From Candidatus Hydrogenedentota bacterium (lineage in GTDB: Bacteria; Hydrogenedentota; Hydrogenedentia; Hydrogenedentales; SLHB01), in the NCBI GenBank assembly GCA_045863335.1, contig BTVY01000002.1, positions 3,873 to 67,872 on the forward strand: a stretch of 64,000 nucleotides of DNA, given 5' to 3'. The notes beneath the pieces were generated by a model. It did no database searches and was not told the DNA's origin. It saw nothing but the letters and a program-made list of their open reading frames with translations. The position numbers and the translations under genes are program-made. Shown here piece by piece: positions 10,401-20,404 of this stretch. Numbering within the stretch: position 1 is the first letter of the stretch; each line of letters opens with the position of its first letter.

Positions 10401-11155
10401 GCCGGGAGCGCCGCCTGCCGATGTACGAAGGCCAGGAATACGTCGTGCAGATTGTCCGTCATCGTCTCCTCGTAGAGGCGTTGCATCGTGTCCATAGCCA
10501 TGATCTCGCCGGAGTACATCAACCCCACGCGGTCGCACAAGAGTTCGGCCTCGGTCATGTAATGGGTCGAGAAAATGATGCTGTGCTGGCGCTGCTTGGC
10601 GTCGAGGATGAAATCCAGGATCGCCGTGCTGGTCATGATGTCCAGGCCCAGCGTTGGCTCGTCGAGAATCAGCACCGGCGGATCGTGCAACAATACACGC
10701 GCAATGGAGACTTTCTGGGTCTGGCCAGTGGAGAGCGTATCGCAGCGGCGCTCCATGAAGGGCTTCATGTCGAGCGACTCCGCCAGTTCTTCCGTGCGTT
10801 GGGCGATGGCGTCGTCGCGCATGCCATAAAGACGGCCAAAGTAGAGGAGCATTTCCCGCGCTTTGAGGCGACCGTACAGCTTGGTGTTGCCCGACAGGAA
10901 ACCGACCTGCCGGCGCGCCTGCTCAGGAGCCTGCGACGCCGGGTGCCCCGCGATCCAGCATTGACCGGCGGTCGGCTGAATGATGGTGGCCAACATGCGC
11001 AGGAGCGTGGTCTTGCCGGCGCCGTTCGGTCCCAGCAATCCGAATATTTCCCCCGCCGAAACGGAAAACGTGGCATTCTTGACTGCGACCACAGGATCGC
11101 CCTTCGGACCGGAAAACTCCTTGCGGAGTCCTTCGGCGCGAATCATGGGTGCCAT
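10397..11155 (-). CDS. ABC transporter ATP-binding protein
   Basis: Walker A GLLGPNGAGKTT, signature LSTGQ, Walker B ILDEPT. Likely start MAPMIRAEGLRKEF at 11155. The track ORF extends to a TTG at 11236 with no RBS. Confidence 0.8.
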   Translation of the reverse strand: MAPMIRAEGLRKEFSGPKGDPVVAVKNATFSVSAGEIFGLLGPNGAGKTTLLRMLATIIQPTAGQCWIAGHPASQAPEQARRQVGFLSGNTKLYGRLKAREMLLYFGRLYGMRDDAIAQRTEELAESLDMKPFMERRCDTLSTGQTQKVSIARVLLHDPPVLILDEPTLGLDIMTSTAILDFILDAKQRQHSIIFSTHYMTEAELLCDRVGLMYSGEIMAMDTMQRLYEETMTDNLHDVFLAFVHRQAALPA

Positions 11156-11407
11156 GTCCCTATCGATTGGGTTTTCCTGATTCACGATCGCTAAGTTCCT
11201 GGAACGCTCATCTCGCAATTTCCTCAGATTCGTCAAGAGCCTTGCACCTGTGCAGGGCTCCTGTCAAGCAAACAATTCGATTCTCGCAATCCTTCGCGGC
11301 CTTGTATCAGGAATGTTCCCGTTGTAGAGTGGCGTTAGCACTCTGGGCGCGAGGAATGCCGCGCCCCGACGGCCTTGGCTTGGCGCTTGCAAAACAAGGA
11401 GAACGAA

Positions 11408-11704
11408 ATGCCTTGTCTCCTCGTCTTGATCGGACTCCTCATCCCCCGCGTGACACTGTTTTTCATGTGGCTGGTCGGCTATACGGCGACGGCCTTTGAA
11501 ACGTATCTGTGGCCTCTGCTCGGGTTCTTCTTCATGCCCTACACGACCTGCGCGTACGCCATTGGCATGAACGCAAACGGCGGGTTCCGCGGCTGGAGCC
11601 TATTGCTACTCATCATCGCCATCGTGTTTGACATTGCGAACCACGGCGGCGGCGGCCGGGTCTACCAGCGGCGCGACGTGCGCGTGAACTACACCATCAA
11701 ATAG
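11408..11704 (+). CDS. small hydrophobic membrane protein (about 98 aa), unknown function
   Basis: AAGGAG RBS 6 nt before ATG at 11408. 2-3 predicted TM helices. No recognisable family. Confidence 0.35.
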   Translation: MPCLLVLIGLLIPRVTLFFMWLVGYTATAFETYLWPLLGFFFMPYTTCAYAIGMNANGGFRGWSLLLLIIAIVFDIANHGGGGRVYQRRDVRVNYTIK

Positions 11705-11782
11705 CCCAAGCGGACCAACGATTACGCGCCTCCTTCTCGAATGGGATTGCGCTCTGGTATTATCCCCCCGGAAAGGAGCGCT

Positions 11783-12571
11783 ATGGGTAAAGCAGTAGCC
11801 TTAATCACTGGAGCGAGCCGCGGAATTGGACGCGGAATCGCGCTGACGCTCGCGGAGCACGGGTATGACATTGCGGGGTGCGCGACGAAGGCCGACCCTG
11901 CCAACACGGAATCGGGCCTGTATGAGGTCAAGACGCGTGTGGTGGAACTCGGTTGCCGGTTCCTTCCCGTTGCTGGCGACATGGCCAATCTCGACGATCA
12001 CCCCAGGATGGTCGAAGAGGTGCTGGAAGCATTCGGAACCATTGATGTGCTCGTGAACAACGCCGGTGTCGGCGTGCTGAAACGCCTGAATATCCTGGAG
12101 ACAACGGCGGAGAGTTTTGACCGGGTCGTTGGCATCAACCTGCGGGGGCCATTCTTTCTCACTCAATTGGTCGCCAATCAGATGATCAAACAGGTCGAAT
12201 CCGGCGCCGCGTACGCGCCCAAGATTGTTTTCATTACGAGCGTATCCTCCGATACGGCAAGTCCATCGCGCGCGGAATATTGCGTGAGCAAGGCGGGGCT
12301 CAGCATGACGGCCCAAAGTTACGCAGTTCAACTCGCGCCCCATAACATCAATGTGTACGAGATTCGTCCCGGCATCATCGGGACGGATATGGCCTTTGCC
12401 GTAAAAGAGAAGTATGACAAGCTCATCGCGGATGGATTGCTTCTGCAATCACGTTGGGGAACGCCGGAGGACGTGGGCAAAGCGGTTGCGGCGTTGGCGG
12501 AGGGCTACTTCGACTACGCGACCGGCGCGGTGATCGAAATCGGCGGCGGATTTGGTGTCCGGCGGTTGTAG
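11783..12571 (+). CDS. SDR family oxidoreductase (3-oxoacyl-ACP reductase-like)
   Basis: GGAAAGGAG RBS. TGASRGIGRGIA Rossmann motif. YCVSK (YxxxK) catalytic motif. Confidence 0.8.
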   Translation: MGKAVALITGASRGIGRGIALTLAEHGYDIAGCATKADPANTESGLYEVKTRVVELGCRFLPVAGDMANLDDHPRMVEEVLEAFGTIDVLVNNAGVGVLKRLNILETTAESFDRVVGINLRGPFFLTQLVANQMIKQVESGAAYAPKIVFITSVSSDTASPSRAEYCVSKAGLSMTAQSYAVQLAPHNINVYEIRPGIIGTDMAFAVKEKYDKLIADGLLLQSRWGTPEDVGKAVAALAEGYFDYATGAVIEIGGGFGVRRL

Positions 12572-12618
12572 CGGTCGCACATGGGGATAAACACGGAATT
12601 CCGGGAGACGGAGATACT

Positions 12619-14199
12619 ATGAAATTTGCGACACCACTGTTCTTATTTGCCATCGTGGCCGCGGTTGCCCATGCGCAGGTAACCACGAATCCAACTGAGG
12701 CAAGCGATCAGACCTACGACGTGATCGTTTACGGCGGCACCTCGGGCGGTGTAGCGGCCGCGTTGCAGGCTTCGCGCATGGGCAAGTCCGCGATCATCGT
12801 GCATCCGGGCGGGCATCTCGGCGGCCTTTCGTCCAGCGGGTTGGGCGCGACCGACATCGGCAACAAGGCGGCTATTGGCGGCATCTCGCGGGAGTTCTAC
12901 AAACGGCTCGGGAAACATTACGGACAGGATGAAGCGTGGACCTTTGAGCCGCACGTCGCGGAGAACACCTTCAACGCCATGGTCGCGGAAGCGGGGATTC
13001 CGGTGGTGCTGAACGAGCGCCTCGATCTCAAAAACGGTGTCGAGAAACAGGGTGGCCGCATCGTTGCGATTACCATGGAAAGTGGCCGCCGGTATGCGGG
13101 CACGATGTTCATCGATGCCACCTACGAAGGCGATCTGATGGCCAAGGCGGGTGTGGCGTACCACGTAGGCCGGGAGTCGAACGCGACCTACAACGAGACC
13201 TTGAATGGCGTGCAGACGAAGAACGCCAAATACCACCAGTTTGAATGCGCCATCGATCCGTATGTGGTCGAAGGCGATCCGTCGAGCGGGTTACTTCCCG
13301 GCATTCAGGAAGGCGGCCCCGGCGAAGAAGGCAGCGGCGATCACCGCGTGCAGGCCTATTGCTTCCGCATGTGCATGACGAACGAACCCGACAATCGTAT
13401 GCCCTTTCCCAAGCCCGACCCTTACGATCCGCTGCGATACGAACTGCTGCTGCGGTACATGAACGCCGGTCACTGGACCGTGCTGAACCTGTCGAAGGCA
13501 ATGCCCAACAACAAGACCGACACGAACAACAAGGGCGCCTTCGCGACGGATAATATCGGCATGAACTACGAGTACCCCGACGGCGACTATGCCACGCGGG
13601 AGCGCATCATTGAAGAGCACAAGGACTACCAGCAAGGGCTCATGTGGTTCCTTGCCAACGATCCGCGGGTTCCCAAGCACATCCAGGACGAAGTGAATCA
13701 GTGGGGTCTGCCCAAGGACGAGTTCACAGATAACGGCGGATGGCCGCACGAACTCTACATCCGTGAAGCGCGGCGGATGATATCGGACTACGTGATGACG
13801 CAGCACGATTGCCAAGGCCATACTGAAATTAACGACGCCATCGGCCTGGCGGCGTACACGATGGATTCCCATCACGTACAGCGCTACGTCAAGGATGGGC
13901 GCGTGTGGAATGAGGGAGACGTTCAGGTCGGCGGATTCCCGCCGTACCCCATCGCGTATCGCTCAATCCGGCCCAGGCGGGAGGAATGCGAGAACCTGCT
14001 CGTGCCGGTCTGCCTGTCGGCGTCGCATATAGCCTTCGGGTCCATCCGCATGGAACCCGTGTTCATGGTGCTGGGTCAGTCGGCCGCGACCGCCGCATGC
14101 ATGGCCATCGACGGAGAGAGCGCCGTGCAGGACTTGGACATTTCAGAATTGCAGAAACGGCTCAAAGACGACGCGCAGATCCTGGCTTGGGAAGGCTGA
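12619..14199 (+). CDS. secreted FAD-dependent oxidoreductase (PF12831-like)
   Basis: Signal peptide MKFATPLFLFAIVAAVAHAQ. YDVIVYGGTSGGVAAALQASRMG FAD-binding motif. Paralog of the 66-2600 gene. Confidence 0.75.
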   Translation: MKFATPLFLFAIVAAVAHAQVTTNPTEASDQTYDVIVYGGTSGGVAAALQASRMGKSAIIVHPGGHLGGLSSSGLGATDIGNKAAIGGISREFYKRLGKHYGQDEAWTFEPHVAENTFNAMVAEAGIPVVLNERLDLKNGVEKQGGRIVAITMESGRRYAGTMFIDATYEGDLMAKAGVAYHVGRESNATYNETLNGVQTKNAKYHQFECAIDPYVVEGDPSSGLLPGIQEGGPGEEGSGDHRVQAYCFRMCMTNEPDNRMPFPKPDPYDPLRYELLLRYMNAGHWTVLNLSKAMPNNKTDTNNKGAFATDNIGMNYEYPDGDYATRERIIEEHKDYQQGLMWFLANDPRVPKHIQDEVNQWGLPKDEFTDNGGWPHELYIREARRMISDYVMTQHDCQGHTEINDAIGLAAYTMDSHHVQRYVKDGRVWNEGDVQVGGFPPYPIAYRSIRPRREECENLLVPVCLSASHIAFGSIRMEPVFMVLGQSAATAACMAIDGESAVQDLDISELQKRLKDDAQILAWEG

Positions 14200-14260
14200 C
14201 GCAAGCTTCTAGCGCATTTACGGCGATTCTCGTTCCATACTCGCTCCCGGCATGTGAGGG

Positions 14261-14299
14261 AACATCCCCCTAAATCCCCCTTTCAAAGGGGGACTTTGA
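14261..14299. repeat. REP-like palindromic element (AACATCCCCC..CCCCCTTTCAAAGGGGG); solo copy at a convergent gene junction
   Basis: Same family as the terminal inverted repeats at 32158-32185 and 32349-32376. Contains the CCCCCTTTCAAAGGGGG hairpin. Confidence 0.4.
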
Positions 14300-14349
14300 G
14301 CAACATATCCAGCAGCAGTTCTTTGACAAGACACTTAGGGTTCACGGCA

Positions 14350-16122
14350 TTAGCGATCGGGAAAACTCAGCACGACCACTTGCCCTGCGGGCACCCGCAT
14401 GCTGATTTGATCCGCGTCGCTACCCACGATGTACTCGCCACCAATAAGGACCTCGACTTCGGAGCACGCGCCCGACACGGTTACGTCCTGCGTAGCGGCG
14501 GGGTCCGCGACTTCGCCGTTGGCCGTAGTCTTCGAGATGCCGAGGTTGTTGAATACGCCAAGCAGATCCCGGCCATCGCTCCGAGCTTGCGCGCTCCCCA
14601 CCTTCCCTTCGACCCGATACGGCAGTAAGGTTCGAAGCCGCTCTATACAGGCATCGGCACTTTCCTTGGACCCTTCGTACACGAACCTGCGTTCGGCCGG
14701 GATCTTCGACTGGTTGGCTTGCTCTGCGTCGAAGTAGACGACGAGCAAATAGGAATCAATTACGTCTTGAGGCGCATTGGCCGACAACACATCAAAACCT
14801 CCAATCCACGGCGAAGGCGTGAGGTTATGCGAATCGCCACCGGATACGGCGCGCTGCGTCGCATAGAGGTCTCGTGCGAAACTCCGGAGCTGCGCGTGAA
14901 ACGAATCACCTTCTGCCATCCGCCATAGCTTGTCCGTGTATCCTGCGACGTAACGGATATCCACGCCGAAGGTATCGGGGGGCATGATCAACGCCGCGGG
15001 AACCACAGGTTCGGGGCGCGAAAACCGGCGATTGAACGCGTCGAACTCCTGGACGATCTTGCCGTATTCGGTGAGCGGATACTCTTCCCAATTGCCGAAG
15101 TAGTTTTCCGCGCCCCACTCTTCGCCGTAGAACGACGCACCCGACAGCCAACTGAAGTACAGCAGGCGACGCTGAAGGGACCGGCTGCTTCCGAACTCGC
15201 GTCCGATGTTGTACCCATCCATCACCTTCTTCAGTTCGGGGTAATCGGGGAACCAGGGCGAAAAGGTCAACGCGCACACGCAGCCCATGGGCGCGCCGCC
15301 CCAGGGTTCATAGTAGACGCCAAACGGCTTGCCATACTCGCGTGCCGCTCCTCGCGCAAAAGCGATCTGCAGCGCAGACAGAGGAACTTGATTGCCGATC
15401 TCGGGCATGACGTTCTTTGCACCCAGGCGGAAAGCGGCGTGGTATAGCTGACCGAACCCCGTCACCGACATGACCTGCCCGGAGGTCATCTCGACCATTT
15501 TCGCGAAGTATCGTTCCAGGTACTGCTCGACGTCATCCAAATTACTCAATTCCTGGTAAACGTCGCGGTAGACACTGAAATCGCCCGCCGAAAAGTACGG
15601 CGATTCGACACGGCCCTCGAATTGTGCGAAGTGTTCTTCATCGAAGGGATCGCCCTTGTCCAGGATCAGCTTGTGGATTCGCTCGTAGTCATGGATGGGC
15701 GAATTCCCCCACTCGTGCACCTGGAACCCGAGGAACTTCGGATCGTCCTTCAGCGCATCCGCAATCGCCCCAATTCCATCTAGCGACTGATATGACATGC
15801 CGCCGCACAGCCGATCGAAGTAATAGAGTTCGCCGGAATTCTTCGCCGTATCAATGAGCGGGGAATTGGACCATGTTTCACCGAACACATGCCTGGTCAT
15901 GCCGGTGTTGTGGAGACGGTACCCCGCGCCCTCGAGCAGTCCATGCTTTGCCAGACCGTCGCGAAAACGCGGCTCGCAATGCTGCAGGAAGACCATGCCT
16001 TGGGTTGTGTTCGAGACCGGCGTCTCTGCCGGGCTACCCGCCGAAAAGTAAATCGGCGCACTGGCAAGTGCCATCAATACCGCCAATGCCGATCGGAAAG
16101 GTGATACCGTTTGCGAATGCAT
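14350..16122 (-). CDS. secreted hypothetical protein (possible glycoside hydrolase-like), 590 aa
   Basis: GGGAG RBS. Signal peptide MHSQTVSPFRSALAVLMALASA. No family recognised. Confidence 0.55.
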   Translation of the reverse strand: MHSQTVSPFRSALAVLMALASAPIYFSAGSPAETPVSNTTQGMVFLQHCEPRFRDGLAKHGLLEGAGYRLHNTGMTRHVFGETWSNSPLIDTAKNSGELYYFDRLCGGMSYQSLDGIGAIADALKDDPKFLGFQVHEWGNSPIHDYERIHKLILDKGDPFDEEHFAQFEGRVESPYFSAGDFSVYRDVYQELSNLDDVEQYLERYFAKMVEMTSGQVMSVTGFGQLYHAAFRLGAKNVMPEIGNQVPLSALQIAFARGAAREYGKPFGVYYEPWGGAPMGCVCALTFSPWFPDYPELKKVMDGYNIGREFGSSRSLQRRLLYFSWLSGASFYGEEWGAENYFGNWEEYPLTEYGKIVQEFDAFNRRFSRPEPVVPAALIMPPDTFGVDIRYVAGYTDKLWRMAEGDSFHAQLRSFARDLYATQRAVSGGDSHNLTPSPWIGGFDVLSANAPQDVIDSYLLVVYFDAEQANQSKIPAERRFVYEGSKESADACIERLRTLLPYRVEGKVGSAQARSDGRDLLGVFNNLGISKTTANGEVADPAATQDVTVSGACSEVEVLIGGEYIVGSDADQISMRVPAGQVVVLSFPDR

Positions 16123-16230
16123 ATGCTCCCACTCCTACTCCGTCAATTCCCCCAATCTGCGATGTCCGTTCGTAGGACGCGCACAACGGGAAGATCTTCG
16201 CGCACTGGTGTATTGATCCCGCGAACGCGA

Positions 16231-18933
16231 CTACTCGCTACGCAGCCAGTCCAACGTGAACCGCGCAAAGGTGATTGTTTCGTACGGTCCCTCTGCGCCG
16301 CGCTCGTAGACGCATCCCGCGCGGCCATCACCAAGGGGCACGAGGCACGAATAAGCGGATGGTCCGGCGTAGAGCGTGCGGCTATGCGCCCAGGTTTGGC
16401 CGTCGTCTTCGCTGAGGCGCACGGACATCTCGTGGCGCTCGTTGCGCGATGCGGGATTGGAAAACAAGACCAGGTTCGGGCCTTCCGCATCGGATGGCGT
16501 CTGGCGAATGATGCTGCCCTGGCAGCGTGGCGCGATGAGGGTCTCGTCGTATGCGAGCGGGGACCAGGACGCGCCGCCGTCGGCGCTGGCCGAGATGACG
16601 CGGTAGACCGTCTCGTGGTTGGACGAACGGCGCATGTTTAACAGTAACGACCCGTCTCGACGTTCGATGATCTGACTCTCGTTCGTTCCATCTGCCGTTA
16701 CGCCGCCGAGCTTCCAGGTCTCCCCGTGGTCGTCGGAATAGTACACGAGGGAATGGTATCCCACCGTGTCGCCGCTGGTTTTCTGGTCGCATGGTATGAC
16801 CAGCCGTCCGTTGTGAGGTGCATGCCGCAACTGAATACCCACGCCAGGTCCCGTCGCGTACCAGGTCCAGTTAGGCAGTTTCACGTTCTGCGTGATCTCC
16901 TTGGGCGACGCCCAGGTCGCGCCATGGTCATCGCTGTAGGTTACCCACGCCGTGCGCGTGCCTTCGCTCGTGCCATCCACGATCTCGTGCTCCGAATCCT
17001 GGCCGAGATTGTGGGTGAGGTGCAGCCACATGCGGCCGGTATCCTCATCGAGCACGGGACAGGGATTTCCGCAGGTGTTCTGGCCGTCGTCCCAGACGAC
17101 CTGAACGGGTCCCCAGGTCTCGCCGCCGTCGGTCGAGCGGCGCAGCAGGAGATCGATGTCGCCGCTGTCCGAGCGGCTGCCTTTCCGGCCCTCGCAAAAG
17201 GCGAGCAGCGTTCCATCCGCGGCCTTGATGACGGAGGGAATGCGATAGGTGTGGTAGCCGCCTTCGCCGCTCGTGAAGATCGCTTGCTCTTTCGGAAGCA
17301 ATGCGGCCTCGCGATCGAGTTCTTCCATGGTGAAGCGTACGCTCACGATGTAGGGTTCTTCGCCTTCGGTCCAATGGCCGTAGGTGGTCGTCACGAAGGT
17401 CCCATCCGGCAAAAGCTCCACGCCGGGGTAGGTGCAGTCCGCACCTTTGGTATTGTCCATGATCCGGATGCGATATTGCCCGTCATCGCCATTGACGATG
17501 TCCTCGTAGCGGCCGACCCAGCCGACCCAATCGCCGGCGGTGGGACTTTGGCGTGTCGTGTCGCGGAAGGAGATGAAGAGACGGCCGTCGGGCGCGTACC
17601 GGCCCACGTGGCGATCGCCGGTCAAGCTTGCCGGAAGTTCGCGCGGCTCGGTCCACGTTTCCCCTTCATCGTCGGAGAAAATGACGAAGGAGTTGTATTG
17701 GCGGCTGTTCTCGCGCAGGAGCACGGCCATTTGGTTGCCATCGGGCGACCGGATCAGGCCCGGCTCACAGAGGTGCGCGGCGGGATGGGTCGCGATGACT
17801 TCAGGATCGCCCCAGGTCAAACCGCCATCGCTGGAGATCGTCTTGTAGACGTAAAATTTGCCGCGTTCATTCTTGTTGCGGAGGAAGCGGCCGTCATCAT
17901 GGAAGAGCGCCATGTAGTCGCCGTTCTTCAAACGCTCGACACTCCCCATCGCGACGATGCCGCCGAAGTTGCCGATGGGCTCCAGCGGCGTCCACGTGAT
18001 GCCCTCGTCTTCCGACACGGCCATGCGGATCGGGTAAAGTCCCGAAAACATGATGAGCCGCTTGACGCCTTCCTTGTCGACGACCCGGTGGATCGTCGGC
18101 ACTTCCATGGAAGTCGCCCAGTTTTCCGGAACCGGTAGCCGATCGCTCCACGTGAGTCCGCCATCTTCGCTGCGCTTCATGACGATGGCGCCGCGGCCGT
18201 GTCCTTTCGGATACACCGTGATGATCGTCTTACCGTCTTCGAGCAGCACGGTCGTGGGATGACCGAGGTACTGGCCCACTTCGCGGTCTACGATGACTTG
18301 GCGCGCCGTCTGGCGTGAGAGATCGATGATGGGAAGAGTATATCCGGGGTTCTCCGTGGACGGCGGCGGCGGGTCCATAAGATCGCCTTCCGCGGAGAAA
18401 CTGTAGAGCCGCAACGTGTCCCGCCAGGGCCGGAATCCGAAGCGGCCCAAGGGACGATTGCCGACATTCGCAGACACGATCTCGTTTCCGTCGATCAGGA
18501 TTCGGAGCGTGCTGCGTTCGCGGATCGCCTCGAAGTCGAATGGCTTCCCGCGCTCGATGTAGTCGGAAGTCTTCTTCCCGCCGATATCGACGCCATTGAA
18601 TACGGAACCTGACACAAAGATCTCACGCTGATTCGCGCCGTTGAAGCCGAAATGGCTGTCCTCGCCGATGACAAATGACGCCGCTGAGCCGTCTAGTGAC
18701 TCAAGCGACAAATGCGCGCGGATGTGGACGTCGCCGCCACCGGCATATTGATTGGAGTACAGAAACCGGTCGACGCCGGAAGCTTCGAGATAGCCGTTGC
18801 CTGTCGTCCAATCCGCTCCGACAATAGCAACTGAAGTTACTTTGCCGTCATCAACAAAGGATTCGGCGCGTGCGCCGGAAAGACAAAGCAAGAGAAAGCA
18901 AAATGTTGCACTGGATCTGCTGAAGCACTTCAT
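16231..18933 (-). CDS. BNR-repeat exo-alpha-sialidase-like glycoside hydrolase with N-terminal ConA/laminin-G-like lectin domain and two beta-propellers
   Basis: Signal peptide MKCFSRSSATFCFLLLCLSGARA. Nine SxDxGxTW Asp-box motifs (SEDGGLTWS, SEDEGITWT, SSDGGLTWG, SDDEGETWT, STDGGETWG, SDDHGATWA, SDDHGETWK, SADGGASWS, SEDDGQTWA). Confidence 0.8.
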   Translation of the reverse strand: MKCFSRSSATFCFLLLCLSGARAESFVDDGKVTSVAIVGADWTTGNGYLEASGVDRFLYSNQYAGGGDVHIRAHLSLESLDGSAASFVIGEDSHFGFNGANQREIFVSGSVFNGVDIGGKKTSDYIERGKPFDFEAIRERSTLRILIDGNEIVSANVGNRPLGRFGFRPWRDTLRLYSFSAEGDLMDPPPPSTENPGYTLPIIDLSRQTARQVIVDREVGQYLGHPTTVLLEDGKTIITVYPKGHGRGAIVMKRSEDGGLTWSDRLPVPENWATSMEVPTIHRVVDKEGVKRLIMFSGLYPIRMAVSEDEGITWTPLEPIGNFGGIVAMGSVERLKNGDYMALFHDDGRFLRNKNERGKFYVYKTISSDGGLTWGDPEVIATHPAAHLCEPGLIRSPDGNQMAVLLRENSRQYNSFVIFSDDEGETWTEPRELPASLTGDRHVGRYAPDGRLFISFRDTTRQSPTAGDWVGWVGRYEDIVNGDDGQYRIRIMDNTKGADCTYPGVELLPDGTFVTTTYGHWTEGEEPYIVSVRFTMEELDREAALLPKEQAIFTSGEGGYHTYRIPSVIKAADGTLLAFCEGRKGSRSDSGDIDLLLRRSTDGGETWGPVQVVWDDGQNTCGNPCPVLDEDTGRMWLHLTHNLGQDSEHEIVDGTSEGTRTAWVTYSDDHGATWASPKEITQNVKLPNWTWYATGPGVGIQLRHAPHNGRLVIPCDQKTSGDTVGYHSLVYYSDDHGETWKLGGVTADGTNESQIIERRDGSLLLNMRRSSNHETVYRVISASADGGASWSPLAYDETLIAPRCQGSIIRQTPSDAEGPNLVLFSNPASRNERHEMSVRLSEDDGQTWAHSRTLYAGPSAYSCLVPLGDGRAGCVYERGAEGPYETITFARFTLDWLRSE

Positions 18934-19070
18934 GGCTCCCCCGTTCGCGTTGGATACCGATTTCGCAGGTCCACCTTAGCGAAACGCGTTCGTCGATTTC
19001 ACGTTTCGTAACTGTTTTGCGGAATGGCGTAGCATTCATCATGATACCGCGACATGCGCAATCTCCCCGC

Positions 19071-19237
19071 TCCGTCATCCCCGCGAAGGCGGGGATCCAT
19101 CTTGGGGCGGTACGCATGGCATAAAGGCACTTGATGAGAACCATCGAAGAAAAGTACTCCCGATGCATGTCACAAGACTATCGGTCGATGCACACGGTAC
19201 GGGAAAAGATGGATCCCCGCCTTCGCGGGGATGACGG
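19071..19237. mobile_element. MITE-like element: perfect 31-bp terminal inverted repeats (CCGTCATCCCCGCGAAGGCGGGGATCCATCT) flanking a 105-bp lower-GC core; a third degenerate copy at about 19306-19345
   Basis: Right repeat 19207-19237 is the exact reverse complement of left repeat 19071-19101. Each arm contains the hairpin CCCCGC-GAAG-GCGGGG. The element lies in a 535-bp intergenic region. Confidence 0.4.
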
Positions 19238-19468
19238 TTTAGGGGTGGGTTGGGATGGTCGTGGGAATCCGCTGTAAATGGTCTAAACGGAGGACCGCGT
19301 TGACGATGGATTCCCGCCTTCCCCACCTTCGCGGGGATGACGACGGCGATGGCGGTGTGGGGCATGAAGCCCTACGCGGCAATTGGCTATACGGCCACCA
19401 CATTTCATAGGATTGGAAGAGGGCAGGACGGTGTGCCTGCCCTCTTGTGTACGGCTGCAAACGCGGAT

Positions 19469-20152
19469 TTACCCTTCGCTCTTCACTTCCTTGATGCGAA
19501 TATTGCGCCATTTCACGGACATGGGTTCGGTTTTGTCGCCGACGCCGTGGACTTGGAGCGCGATGAAGCCGGAGGGGGTCATGTCATCGGTGAGGTCGGC
19601 GCGGAGTTCGCCGTTCACCCAGGTCTTGATGCTGTCGCCGATGGCTTCGACCTTGTAGTGGTTCCATTCGCCATTCTTCCAGACGGTCTTGCCCTGCTCG
19701 GAAAACTTCGCCGCGAGGTCTTCGTTTTCCTTCGTCGGATACAGCCAGCCGCGACGGCCTTCGTCGTAGATGCCGCCGGACCACTTGCGCGGATTGTTCT
19801 CGTCTTCCATTTCGATCTGGTAGCCATGTACGCGGCCGTCCTTGTAATCGGGGAGGCTGTTGCTGCGGACCTGGCAGCCGGAGTTCATCGTCGGGCTCGC
19901 AAAGGCTTCGAACTCCAGGACGAAGTCGCTGTAATGCTTCTTCGTGCAAAGGAAGGTGTTTTCCGTGTTCGGAGCCGATACGCCGACGATGGCATCGCCT
20001 TCAATGTGGTAGGTCGCGGCGCCGCCTTTGACTTCCCAGTCGTCGAGATCCTTGCCGTTGAACAGGTCGACCCATTCCTCCTCCGCGTGAAGGACCGGCG
20101 CGAACGCGAATCCCAATACCAACACCAATCCCAAAGCTGCTGCGCTTCTCAT
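19469..20152 (-). CDS. DUF1080 (3-keto-disaccharide hydrolase) domain protein, secreted
   Basis: Signal peptide. LFNGKDLDDWEV...WNHYKVEAIGDSIKTWVNGE is the typical PF06439 signature. Confidence 0.75.
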   Translation of the reverse strand: MRSAAALGLVLVLGFAFAPVLHAEEEWVDLFNGKDLDDWEVKGGAATYHIEGDAIVGVSAPNTENTFLCTKKHYSDFVLEFEAFASPTMNSGCQVRSNSLPDYKDGRVHGYQIEMEDENNPRKWSGGIYDEGRRGWLYPTKENEDLAAKFSEQGKTVWKNGEWNHYKVEAIGDSIKTWVNGELRADLTDDMTPSGFIALQVHGVGDKTEPMSVKWRNIRIKEVKSEG

Positions 20153-20404
20153 GATACATCTCCCTGAGGTTGAAACTGCGGAGACTACTATACGAATCCG
20201 GGGCCGATCATCTCCACCCCGGCCCCTTCTGCTTCACTACAGATCCCCGTTGCGGTGCAGGCTTCCAGCCTGCGAACGGAGGCCGACTGGAAACATACAC
20301 CACAAGCCTTGACCCCGTTTGGCATGAACGTATTCATTCCAACGTCACCTCGCGATCTGGTATCCTCGGAACACGACTTCGGCGCGACCTTTTCGGGAGT
20401 TTCC

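Noticed and set aside
11149-11499. 116-aa plus-strand ORF spanning the ABC ATPase 5' end and the intergenic region
   Set aside because: It overlaps the ATPase start. The alternative ORF at 11408-11704, with an AAGGAG RBS and TM helices, is more plausible for this region.
16726-18138. 470-aa plus-strand ORF inside the sialidase gene
   Set aside because: Antisense to a gene with nine canonical Asp-box motifs. Its translation is Ala/Gly/Arg/Val low-complexity.
19075-19511. Small ORFs (105, 96 and 90 aa) in the 18934-19468 intergenic region containing the peptide IPAFAGMTE
   Set aside because: They are translations of the inverted-repeat element (repeat-derived pseudo-ORFs), with no RBS.
19337-20167. 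276-aa plus-strand ORF overlapping the DUF1080 gene
   Set aside because: Antisense to a gene with a signal peptide and the DUF1080 signature.
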